Positions 12,501 through 24,346 of a stretch of 64,000 nt of DNA are shown here, piece after piece. Both the position numbers and the translations under genes were made by a program. The stretch lies in the NCBI GenBank assembly GCA_964247055.1, contig OZ176054.1, forward strand, positions 8,370,001 to 8,434,000, read 5' to 3'. The notes below the pieces were generated by a model. It saw nothing but the letters and a program-made list of their open reading frames with translations. It searched no databases and was not told the origin of the DNA. The DNA comes from Paragordius varius. Its lineage: Eukaryota; Animalia; Nematomorpha. How positions within the stretch are numbered: position 1 is the stretch's first letter; each line of letters opens with the position of its first letter.

Positions 12501-13323
12501 AGATTTAATCTATAGCAAATTTACTAAAATTTTGTAACTAGCATTATTTTTAATTAATAATTTTTGCATTTTGATATTTTTTAAAATTTCTTGTGGGCTG
12601 CAAAAATATTTTAGATGGCCGCGTGTAGGACACCATGAAATAAAAATTTTTATGTGCATATGACTAGTATAAATATTTAATTATACCCAAAAATTTAAAA
12701 TTTAAGTATCCTTGGCTAGTTGTTATATATATAAATATTTTATTTATTCTAAAATCATATAGGAAAAATTTTTACACATAAATTTGGCATGACAATGACA
12801 AGTGAAAATTACTAAATTAACACGCAATCTTTAAGATATGTGATGAAAAGTTGGAGTCAAACAATTTGCATGCAGGGAATATTTTTATTTTTAGTATTAA
12901 TTATAGATAAAACAATTAGGCCAAACTTTAAAAATAATTTTATCAGCGTCTGTTATTTATTCGTTGTCAAGTAACAACAATCTGATAAGCACAAAAATGA
13001 TATGTATAATTTATAGTAAAAATAAAATAATTACTTTTGCAATAATATATAGGGATGTATGCACCTTTAATTAATTTTCCTCTAGGATACGCGCTAAAAT
13101 ATATTTTGTGCGATAGCTTTATGATTGTGTAATATCTTTTTGTTATTGATTTCCTACAAAAGTGCTAAGTATTAGAGTCATAATTTGGCTTATGGGGAAC
13201 AACATATAAGTCTCAATATCTTTGCATTTTTTTATGTTAAAAATCGATTTATCCGCCAAGATATATTGATTTGAATAGTTGTTTTGTAGTAAACGCAACT
13301 CAACATTCCCAAGTTTAACAGCT

Positions 13324-14631
13324 ATGGAGGTTGATACACAATCTCCCTTTTATAAAACAAATAACTGTGTGAATTTTAGGGATATCGAAATATTTTCTCC
13401 AGGCATAGTTACATTCTTGGATAAGATATTATCGATTGCACTATTTGCACTCGGAATTTTAGGTAATACACTTGCATTGATTATACTACATGGCACACTT
13501 ATTCGATACAGATCAAAGCGACAAAGAACTAATATGAATCGATATATTTTAACATGGTTTTTCGCCATAAACCTGTTAAATACGCTATTTATGATCCCTT
13601 CACCCATAATCAAACTATTTGGCAAAGGTTACAATTACAAAGTTTGGAACAGTTATGGTTTAATGTTGTACCAAGCTAAAATACATTACCCACTTACAAA
13701 ATCTTTCGTGAGTTTTGGCTTCTTAATTTACGTCTTATATTTTGCCAATCAAAGTATGGCAGTAGCCTTCCCAATATACTATCACCATAATGCGACACGC
13801 ATCAAAATTAATGGTTTTATATTACTTTGTTTTGTTTACAGTGTAATATGGTATGCTCCTACATACCTTTGGTTTAGAGTTACGTCCCATCTTGTGTGCC
13901 CCACATCACCCTCTGGGGAAGGGCAAATATTTTACTTTTACACATCGACAAACCCCATAGGTCCAACCCCTTTGACTGGGTTACTATGGAGAACCTATGA
14001 AATAGCCAGGGAAATGTTGCTCAAAATATTACCCTTTACATCTATCATCGTTTGCAAAGCTTTGATGATACGACGGGGTAGACGAACCGAACTCCGACCA
14101 ACCAATGATACCTTAAATAGTTTGGGCATAACAGCAAATGCCAACGGTCATATGACAGGAGTTACGCAAAAAAGCATGATAAAGGATAACATACCACAAA
14201 TAATAGTTCAAACCTTAAACAGTTCGATCACTAGTATGCAGTATATATCAGATCAAATCACAACGAGTATTGCTAAGGTCAAACCCATAATCAAAAGCAC
14301 GAACGCGACGCAAAATAATGAATTTATATCACAGCTAAATCGAAAATATTTACGAAGGAAATTTGAGACTCGCCAACATTCCAAAACACTTTTTATATTG
14401 ACGATAGAATTTATCATATTTTTGTTGCCTATCTCAATCATGCAAATGATCAAAGATTCAATAGATCATATTTTACCCTTTAAACGCAGAGCCAATATTT
14501 TCATATTTCTGACATTGTTAGAATACGTATATGTAACATGTACTTTTTACATCAATTTCATTTTTAATCAATCATACCGTACGGATGTTATAAGGTACAT
14601 TCGATGTCAAGAAGATCTCCCGTTATCGTAA
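13324..14631 (+). CDS. Divergent class A GPCR, paralog D (single exon, 7 TM), opposite strand to A-C
   Basis: ORF track starts at TTG 13279; first ATG is at 13324 (MEVDTQ). Motifs LGILGN, WFFAINLLN, HYPLTKSF, NQSMAVAFP, SVIWYAPTYLW, KILPF, EFIIFLLPIS, TFYINFIFNQSYR. Confidence 0.85.
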   Translation: MEVDTQSPFYKTNNCVNFRDIEIFSPGIVTFLDKILSIALFALGILGNTLALIILHGTLIRYRSKRQRTNMNRYILTWFFAINLLNTLFMIPSPIIKLFGKGYNYKVWNSYGLMLYQAKIHYPLTKSFVSFGFLIYVLYFANQSMAVAFPIYYHHNATRIKINGFILLCFVYSVIWYAPTYLWFRVTSHLVCPTSPSGEGQIFYFYTSTNPIGPTPLTGLLWRTYEIAREMLLKILPFTSIIVCKALMIRRGRRTELRPTNDTLNSLGITANANGHMTGVTQKSMIKDNIPQIIVQTLNSSITSMQYISDQITTSIAKVKPIIKSTNATQNNEFISQLNRKYLRRKFETRQHSKTLFILTIEFIIFLLPISIMQMIKDSIDHILPFKRRANIFIFLTLLEYVYVTCTFYINFIFNQSYRTDVIRYIRCQEDLPLS

Positions 14632-15361
14632 AGAAAACTATATGATACAAATTAAATATAATGAAAACTACCATTCAACTCAGCAAACTCAATCTTTTTT
14701 GCTTATACTCTACTTAATCTAAATGTCAAAATTTTTTTGTTGTTATTTAAAAAACAGAAATATTAGCTTAAATCTGGCACAAATAAATCTCTTAAATCTT
14801 CCCAAATCTAATTCAATCCCATATAGCTTTGTAACCAAAAGTTTTATTTTCAAATTAAATCAAATATTTTTTGGGCATTTTCATGAGTTTACTTTATAGT
14901 AAACTCATTTTCAGTCTATGAATCTAAAATATGCAAGATATTCAAAAAAAGCACATTGATTTGATAAACTTCACTTGAAAAACAATGGGTTGTATGCCGA
15001 ATTAGTTGTAATAAATAAATTAAACATTCTTATAATCTATAATTCTATTAAACCAAAACAGTGAAGATATATTCAATTTTGTCCCAAAAAATATTTAATT
15101 AAAATATTAAAATGGTAACAAGTTTAGTTTGAGAAATTCAATTTTGTTAAGTTTCGTTAGTCTTTGTGTTGACACACTGATGAAAAGTATTTAATTGTGT
15201 AAGATCGAACCATAAGTTTGTATACAATTTTGCACAATAAACGCTATAATTTGACTTTTTAAAATCCAAATGAATTCAGCCATGGAATACTCGAGTAAAT
15301 CGTGAGCCACTGTAATCACGGGACTTTCAATTTTAATAATCTCTTTAGTTAAATTATAAAA

Positions 15362-15950
15362 TCTATATATTTATAAAAATTGAAAATGCTGGCTTTGTGA
15401 TCTGGTACCGGAAAACCGGTAGACCCATTCAAATCCAAATATCGAAAAATTATAATCAATAATGAATGCCCCGACAATAGCTTCGCCCTTTTTTTGAAAT
15501 AGGCCACCAGTTCGGGCCCACCCCGTGTGAAAAACAGTTTTTTTAAAAACATAAGTCCACAAAAATCGTGTCTTTGACACAATTTTCCGGAGAACGTGTT
15601 GGACCATTCAATTTTAAATATAATTTTTGTTTACTTATTTTCGATTGCGCCGAACATAGTCGTCTCGCTTTTTTAATTTAGGCCCTCTTTTTACCCGCTC
15701 CCCCCCGAAAATGCCATTTTTTCAAAAAACAAAGTCCACAAAAATAATTTTTTGAATCTATTTTTCGCCTAAGTAAACAATATATTAGTATGAATGCACC
15801 GTTTATAAATTCATATAAGATCATAGCTATTAAATAATGTTTCGAAATAATTCACATATGTGGATCATTTTATTGTCCCTTTTTTCAAATAGCCCCCCAG
15901 AAGTTCGAAGGACTTGCTCGGGCTGCGTAGCAGCAGGAGATTTACGTTAG
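15362..15950 (+). mobile_element. Complete short non-autonomous Helitron (589 bp)
   Basis: Begins A|TCTATATATTTATAAAAATTG and ends GCTGC-GTA-GCAGC hairpin...ATTTACG-TTAG|T. Near reverse complement of 10645-11221. Confidence 0.8.
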
Positions 15951-16826
15951 TATACTTTATACTGTTTCACAGATTCAGTATGAATCATTAAAAATGTTTT
16001 ATACTTCGGTCATTTTAGATATTTTTCCAAGTTGTCATGCATCTACTAGATCTTTCTACGCCCCAATATGACCCCATATTCAGAATAACTCTAATTATTT
16101 AAATTTATAAAGAGGCTTTGGTAGAGATAAAGGTATTTGTTTTTATAAATTTATCAGCTCAAGAAATCAGTTTTTCTAAACGGCACTCTATAATTTTCGA
16201 ACCTATTATTATGTTGACTAATTGTTTTTAAACTAAATGAATTATTGTGTTTATCTAATTTTTAGCATATCAGAATATAAAAAACCCAAAAATTGGTTTG
16301 AATGATAGATAGAACTATTAAATCGTGTTTGAAAGCTCGAAAAGGCTATGTCGTGAATATTACATCCATAAATTATATAAAATAAAGCATTTTTAATACA
16401 TCTATAACTGATATTTGACATCATGCAAAGCGTAATGTGCAATTAAGCGGTTATGTCAAGTTAAAATTAACACTTAACACTTTGTCAAATTTCGGGGTAT
16501 TTTATACCCCAGAGTGATTCAAACCTAAGTTAAAAATATCTATTATGTTGGGTCATATTTAATAATTGCTTTCTATGGCTTGCTTGGCGCAATATTAGAA
16601 AAAATATATTTTTAAATGTAAAGTATTCGATAAAAATTTGCCTCCAAAAATATATTTTGGATTTTAACTCCAAATAAAAATTTAATAGCATGATTAACAA
16701 ATGTTAATTTTAAAATTCTTTTGATGACATATTGAGAGCAAATTTTTATTATTCATACACATATATAACTTGCTTAAATTTTTGCCTTAAAAGGAGAAAA
16801 TATTGGCATCTTGATTTAATCTATAT

Positions 16827-19159
16827 CAGTGATATTCAAACGGCCCGCGGGCCGCATGCGGCCCTAAGAGTGCTTTAAAATTGCCCTATGACCATATTGA
16901 TACTAAATTTATTTTTTTATTGACGAATTTTTAAAATACACATAAACGAATTTTGGCTTATTTTGATATTATATTTTCTTTAGATTTAATTTTGGTAATT
17001 TTTATTTTTACTCAATTAATGTGTCTAAACTTTCCTACATTAAAATGATTTCAAAATTTTGGCCCACGTTGTTTCTGTTTCTGCATTCTATTTTCTTTTT
17101 TATTTAAAATTATTGCTTCCTTTTTTGTATTTAAGCAAGCCTTTCACCCAAACTTGCATATACATATTCTTTTCATTGCTATCCTGTATCATTTTTTGTA
17201 ACTCATTCCTACAAAATATTTTTCAAATCAACATCATTAATTTTCGACCTATTTTTTTATAACATAATTCAAATTTTATATATTCCTTATTTTGAAAAAG
17301 ATTACATAATATTTAAACATAAATTTAAAGGATGACATCTAATGTTAAAAAACGTAAAATATCCGTTGAAAGTCGCTTCTTTTAAAAAGAAAAATTTGTC
17401 GTTTTAAATAAAAATGTTGTTATTTGCCTTATATGTAAAGACACCATAATAAATACAATTTTAAAAACATTTTACAATCCTTCATTTTCACAAAAGAAAC
17501 GAAAAAAAAGATCAAGGAATATCAGAAAGGAAAATCTATTATGTTCATACCTTTCTCCCAGAAAAAAGTTGTAACATTAGCTTCGTATTAAATTTGCTAT
17601 ATAGGAAAAAATATGCCGTTTACTGATTCTCAACTAATAAAATGTCTAATAAGTGGTTGCATTTTTTTATTTGATAAATTCAATAATAAAGATCAAATCA
17701 TGAGGCAAATGAAAAAACTTCAACTTTCTGATTCACCATGTGCTCGACGCTTTGAGGATATGTCCAAATATATTTTTAACAATACATTATTGGTTCTGAA
17801 AAACTGCAAATATTTTAATTTTGCTGATTCTAGCACTGATATTAGTTCAACACTTCAATGCGCGCTCTTCGTGAGATTTTGCAAGACAACATAATCAACG
17901 AGGAGTATTAAAAATTTTACCAATGAATAATACCAACGAAAGGATGTGATTTCCTCGAAATAATTAGCACTTTTTTCGATAATAATGGTATATCTATGAA
18001 AAATTGATTTTGATTTGCACATGGTTGTCCCTCTATGATTGGAATAACAAAGATTTATTCCTCTTTTGAAAAACAAATATAATTTGCAAAATATTTTATT
18101 CTACTGCTTTATTAATTAGAAAATTTGGTTTAGCATGTAAAAGATGAATCACTATTCAGTAATTAAAACGTGAATCTAGTTAATAACATAGGTGGCTGGG
18201 AATTCAACCACGTAAATTCACAAACCATCTGAAAGATCCACAGTGAGTTTAATGATATTCTTTTATAAACCGCTGTGAGATGGCTAAGCTTTAGCAAAGT
18301 ATTAAATAGATTTTTTTGTTTTAAGACATGAAATATTATTTATAAATGATAACAGAAAGTTTGACGAGGAAATTAATAGTGACTAATGATGGGTTATAAG
18401 CCTACCTTTGCGAAATTACTTATATTTAGTATTTTTAATACAAGTCAAGGGAGCAAAAAAATAACCCAATTTGCTAATGGAGATTAATTTAATAATAGAC
18501 AATTATTTAATATTTTTATGAGATAAAAGATTTCAAGAATTAAGAAATATCGTAAATTGCTTAAAACTCGTTGATAATCCATGGCATATGGATATATTCA
18601 ATATTAAGAAACTTGAGCATTTCGGTTTTGATCAGGCGCATATCATTGAAGAATTCTTTTATTTTAAAATTCCAATTTGGAGGCTATATTAGGAGAATCG
18701 TAAAGAAGAAAGATATGTGGAATTTTGGCAAGATGTGCCAAATAAATATGAAAATATAAAAAAATGTGTTCAAGTTATCCTAACTGTTTTTCCCTCAACT
18801 TACACGTGTGAGACGGCATATTCAAAATGTCAAGAATACATACGAAATCGCTTAACCGATGAGCATATGGACGACGTATTAAGATTGGCCTGTCATGAGG
18901 CGAAACCAAATTTGTAAAAAACTATTGGTTAATATCAAAATAAATGTTGTTATCAAAATATACTAAATTTTCAACTAAATGGGCAAAACTAGTTTTTAAC
19001 TGGATTTACATGCGATCCGCAAAATATTCATTGTGCTGATTTAGAGTATAAATATGTGCATATGTGAATAGCTATGGAATATTTGCCATTATAAGGTTCA
19101 TGGCCCTTGAAAAAAAAATATATTTTATTTGGCCCGTCAAATTTTGGTGAGTACCACTG
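16827..19159 (+). mobile_element. hAT DNA transposon, Buster/Charlie (SPIN/GTF2IRD2-like) type, full length but dead
   Basis: TIRs CAGTGATATTC / GAGTACCACTG (9/11 match). 8-bp TSD ATCTATAT vs GTCTATAT. Subterminal CGGCCCGCGGGCCGCATGCGGCCC. Contains transposase remnants. Confidence 0.85.
17332..18917 (+). pseudogene. Fragmented hAT transposase
   Basis: KRKISVESRFF*...CLICKD (N-terminal BED-like region); PFTDSQLIK...QLSDSPCARRFEDMS...DSSTDISSTLQCALFVRF (catalytic region); FPSTYTCETAYS...RNRLTDEHMDDVLRLA (dimerization domain). Multiple stops and frameshifts. Confidence 0.85.
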
Positions 19160-19342
19160 GTCTATATGGTCTCAACGATTTTCCGAAAGTTGCTTCGATC
19201 CTAAGATATTTCTATCGATGGCGAGTTTTATGGAGGATGGGGCCCTACCCAGGGGTATATTTTAACAAAGCGTTGGATTTAAATTTGGAAATATCATTTT
19301 CTGAATTTTAGCTTTAAGGCCCAGTTTTTTTTATATGGTGCC

Positions 19343-19522
19343 CAGAGGCGTAGCTTGCATTTCTAGCTCCCTGTACCGACCCCTCTGTGTTTTTTATGTA
19401 TTATTTAAAATAATAACTTTTAAATACCTATTTTTTGACATAAAATTAAAAAAATTTAAATCCGGCGCCCCTTCAAATATGGCGCCCGGTGCATCAGCCC
19501 CCTCCCTCCAGCTACGCCTCTG
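19343..19522. mobile_element. hAT-type MITE (180 bp)
   Basis: Perfect 13-bp TIR CAGAGGCGTAGCT / AGCTACGCCTCTG. 8-bp TSD ATGGTGCC vs ATGATGCC. Confidence 0.8.
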
Positions 19523-19960
19523 ATGATGCCATGATTCAACGGTTCATTTAAAATAAGCACTCTTGAAATAAATCTACTTATATATCCATTGGTCCATTGT
19601 TTTTAAATTTAGTTTCAAAGCCATGTTACTTTTATATAGTGGCCTATTTTATAGAAGTTGCTCTGCCCAGAAATTAATCGAAAAATCACTGGACCATCAG
19701 TGGAAATCAAACGGCGGCCTTAAAATTGTTTTTTATGGCCCTGAATTATATTATAAAATTTTTGATGTGCTCAATTGGCGTGTAAATATCTGCAAATGTG
19801 TCAAACAGTTATGAAATGCGGTATTATACCTTGTACGGCCCTTAAGACAAGAAAAATATTTTATTTTGCCTTTAAACATTTTTTGAGTACTATCTTAAAG
19901 CCAACATTTATTTTAAGCGTCTGCACAATGTGTATTATTCCTATAAATTTTTAACATGTA

Positions 19961-21896
19961 ATCTAAATGTCGAAAAATATAATCATTAAATAGCCAGACA
20001 ATAGCTTAGTCCTTTTTTTGAATTAGGCCTCCAATTCGGTCTCACCCCGTGTAAAAATGGGTTTTTTTGAAAACAGAAATTCACAAAAATCGTGTCTTTG
20101 AGACGATTTTCCGGAAAATGATTTTAATTTACTTTTTTTTGATTGCGCCGAACATAGTCATCTTGCTTTTTTGATTTAGGCCCTTATTTTACCCACTCCC
20201 CCCTTAAAATGCCATTTTTTGCAAAAATTAAGTCCGCAAAAATAATTTGAAAATATTTTTCGCCCAAGGTATGAGACCGTAAAAATTTACTGAGGATTCC
20301 AGGTATCCCCTGTTAAGGCAAAAATTTTAGTCGTGATTTTTTTTTATATTGGCTGCTAGGTAAACAGATACCGTTAAAAACTGCCCCATATCGAAATAGC
20401 ATAATTTTGGGGCTAAATTTCAGAAAACCTATCAGGTCATATGATTCAATAGGTGTTTAAATACAACCCGTAACAAGGCAAAAAATTAGGTGGTGCGGTT
20501 TTTTAAAATTGGCCGTTAATTAGGCCCTTCACGCCCTGAAAAATACTTCACCATAGAATAATTTTTAAGCTTTGAGGCGATTTCGAAAACTAATGAGAGC
20601 ATATGGAATCAAACATGATTCCAGGTATTCTTCGTAAAAAGGCAAATATTTTAATCAAGCGCTCTTTTGTATCAGCCTCTGGGCAGGTTGCCTAAAACTG
20701 CGCCACCATATCAAAATTGCCTTGTTTAGGAGTTAATTTTTAGAAAACTTATCAGGCCATATAGTAAGGGCCTGAGTCGGCGATTTTTTTAAAATAGCCG
20801 TTAATTAGGCCCTGTACGCCCTAAAAAATGCGCTATTATTTAACTATTATTTAGTTCTAAGGCCATTCCTCCAAAAACTAATAAGAACATATAGATTGAA
20901 TGATGATTCCAGGTATTCCCCTATAAAGACAAAATTTTGATCGAACATCTTTTTTATATTGCCCCCTGGGTAAAAGGCTGCCCGCCTACAACTGCGCCAC
21001 CATATCGATACAGCGTGACTTTGGAGGCAAATTTTAGAAAGCTAATCGAGAATAAGGGCTTGGAATATTACCCCTAAAAAGGCAAATTTAAATAAAGCGG
21101 TTTTATTAAATTACCGGTTATTTCAATGAATCGCTAAGTAAAGTTTTACGCCCTGAAAAATGCACCGCCACAGAACAATTTTTTGGTTTTGAAGCAATAA
21201 TTCCAAGAACTTATATGAACATATGGAATCCATGATAATTCCTGATATTCACCCATATAAAGGCAAAAATTTTGCCCAACGCTCTTTATACCTGCCCCTG
21301 TGTAAGATTCTCGCCAAACTGCGCCACTATATAGAAATTGCGTTGTTTTGAAGCTAATTTACAGAAAATATATAAAGCCATATGAGCTCATAAAAAACTC
21401 AAAATATTACCCGTAACTAAATAAATTTAAGGTCAGGGGTTTTTATTAGCCGTTAATTTGGGGCTTTTATGCCCTAAAATTACGCCATCATATGACGATA
21501 ATTTAATGTTGAGGTATTTTTTCGAATACCCCATGAGGCGATGATATCAAGAATGATTCCAAATATTTGCCCTCTAAAGGCAAAAAATTTAACTCAGCGC
21601 TTTTTCCATATAGGTCTATGGGTAGGGGTCTATCGGTTTAATACTGAGATGCTATACAAAAATGGCGTGGTTTTGGTGCTAATTTTCAAAAAACTTAAGA
21701 AGCCATACGAGTTCAATAACGGCTTTAAATAATACCCATAAAAAGGTAAAAACTATAGTATAGCGGTTTTCCGTTAGCCGTCAATTTGGGACCTTCACAC
21801 TAGGCTACGCGTATAAAGGCAAAAAATTTGCCCCCTGCCCCCTTAAGAAGTCAGGAGGATTCCTCGGGCTGCTATGCAGCCCGATATTTACGCTAG
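19961..21896 (+). mobile_element. Long non-autonomous Helitron carrying a five-unit ~325-bp tandem array
   Basis: 5'-truncated family core at 19961-20280. GATTCCAGGTA-like anchors at 20295, 20617, 20905, 21237 and 21555. Perfect 9-bp-stem hairpin TCGGGCTGC-TAT-GCAGCCCGA (21864-21884) lies 8 nt before CTAG (21893-21896), followed by T. Confidence 0.85.
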
Positions 21897-22956
21897 TATA
21901 GTATAAATATGTTACAGTGTGACCTCAAATTGATGAATCAATCAATAAAAATTTAAAAATACAGCAATAAAAAATGATAGCTTGTAATGGACTTTATTGC
22001 ATATATATAAAATAAAAATATTTAGTAAAACATATTACTAAGATGATATAGTATGCAAATATGGAATCTTTGGTGCACATACCATTAAATCTTTTTTTAC
22101 ACAAAGCAAAAAAATTTCACACGATGGTATGAATTGTTTAAGGCTTATAAAAGTGATTGATTTGTAGTAGTAAAAAAATTAACATATTTCCTTTAGTAAT
22201 CCCGGTACTCGTAAAATAGAAAGCGAGACAGACATATTGGTAAAGTTATAAAGTTCAAAGATGGTCTTTCTTACAGTAATTAATACATAATATATAAATC
22301 AAACGTGTATAAAACATACAATAATTTTATTGTAAAAAAATCAATCAAATGCCGCATTTTATTTAATACTTCTCTTTATGGTGGTTAATTTTTATTAGGG
22401 ATTTTTTACTTATTTTTTTATTTTTATATTTTCAGTAGCGTATGGTAACAAACAACAAATGATCAAAATTAATCACTTTTTCCTATATTTTAACAATAAT
22501 TTGGTTTATTTAATCATAGATAAACTTTTTTATGCCATACGCTACTGTATACACATCACATCAATCGGAACTTTAACTTTTGTGTTGCTTGTCATCGTCC
22601 ATATTCAATCTTTCTAATTAAGGTGTAATAAAAAAATTATTGCGTCGGCTTCGATATTAAAACAAACAAATAAAAATATACATATAATTGATGAATGAAT
22701 ATGGTAAGAGGTAAATTATTTAATCTTTGTATATATGTGTACATAAAAACTGCCACCATATTCTTTGGATCATGTAAAAAACATAAAAATATATTTATAC
22801 ATACAAATAATTAGGTTAAATGTGTATTTGGGAATAGATATTGAATCACAAAATTAAATGTAAATATATTCGAGCAATGACTATTGTGAAAATTATAATG
22901 TATTACACAGGGATGGATTTTAATCTTTTTAAATTGTTAAAATAGAAGTATTTTAA

Positions 22957-23465
22957 CACCCAATTCCTTTTGGGGTAGTTTTATATCCCAAAGCGATTCA
23001 TAATTAGAATATCAAGAGTTTTTGAGCTATTAAGCCTTGATTTCTTTAGTCTTTTGGCCGCATTATACATTTTTATTAAAAAAAATGTAATAGTGTAAAA
23101 AAATCCTCATCTTAAACTTTTTCGCCGCATTTTTTATATAATTTTTTTTAACTCTCTAATGGAACAGACAAATAAATATATTTATGAAAATGTAAATAAT
23201 TAACTATAAAAAGCTTTCGGGCTCCATTTTAAAAAACTTGATATATTTTAAGTTTAATATCAGCTGTTGGTTTCAATCGGGTTTGGAGCGTTCCCAATGA
23301 CTCTAGTAGTCACAAAACTGAAAAAAATATAAGCTTTTTTATCTAATAAATGAGAACAATGTTTGATAGTTATATTATAACTAAAAAATCTTTCAAAACT
23401 GTAGTTTATTTATAAATATTTCTGGGATATAAAACTACCCCAAAAAGTAAAAAGGTAATGAAGTG
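22957..23465. mobile_element. TTAA-flanked (piggyBac-like) MITE
   Basis: TTAA on both sides. Inverted ends CAC...CTTTTGGGGTAGTTTTATATCCCA / TGGGATATAAAACTACCCCAAAA...GGTAATGAAGTG. Confidence 0.7.
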
Positions 23466-23895
23466 TTAAACAACTATAAGTCTGTTAAAATGTGTTGTTT
23501 ATTCTGGCGTTTAAATAAATGAAACAGGCCTTTTGCATAATTATTGTCCCTTTAGCAGGAAAATCCTATTCGAAAAATACTTTGGAAAAACTATAATTCT
23601 TGACAAATTATATCCAAAATGATCTTTTGCGAAACATCTCCGATTTTTATAAACCAAGATTTTATTTTTCATCTGTAGCGTTTCGAATCTACAGCTCTAT
23701 ATTTTTAAAAATTTGTTCAACACATCTAGTTGGATAATATTTTTAGCCACTTAAATTGTCGGTATTTAATTAGATAATGTTTTTAAAAGTACTAATTTCT
23801 TATTACTAACTTACAGCTTGCCTTAAGAATTACTAAAAAAACTCAAAGTTAATGAACATTTCATATAAGAAATAAGGAATAAATTACATGCCTAA

Positions 23896-24346
23896 CACTT
23901 CATTACCTTTTGGGGTAGTTTTATATGCCAGAGCAATTTTAAACTTGAATGTCAAAGTGTTAAAAAAACATACTTTCTTTGACCTTTGAGAGGCCTAATA
24001 CGAAAATTTTCGAAAAATAAATTTTAACAAACCAACTCAAACTTTTTCTCCGCCATTTTCGTATGTTATGTAATTACCTTAGTAAGCTTTCAGGTTGCAT
24101 TTTACCAGCAAAAACTTGATATTTATTGATTTTTAAATTAGCTGTTAGATTCCCGTTTTGGAGGTGTCCCAATTTTAAACTCTAGAAGTTACAAAACTGT
24201 AAAAAATATAAGTTTTTATTATCCAATATGTTTATAATTAAATTTTATATAAATAATTTTTAAAACAGTAACATATCTACAAGATTGAGTGGAATATAAA
24301 ACTACCCCAATATGTCACGGACAAAAAAGTGAAAAGGGTATTAAGT
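23896..24346. mobile_element. TTAA-flanked (piggyBac-like) MITE, second copy
   Basis: CTAA|CACTTCATTACCTTTTGGGGTAGTTTTATA ... TATAAAACTACCCCAA...GGGTATTAAGT|TTAA. Internal similarity to 22957-23465. Confidence 0.65.

Noticed and set aside
12252-15361. Idea that GPCR paralog D was inverted by recombination between the oppositely oriented Helitron copies flanking it
   Set aside because: The sequence at 12252 is still contiguous with the host MITE half ending at 10644. An inversion with a crossover inside that Helitron would have swapped this flank.
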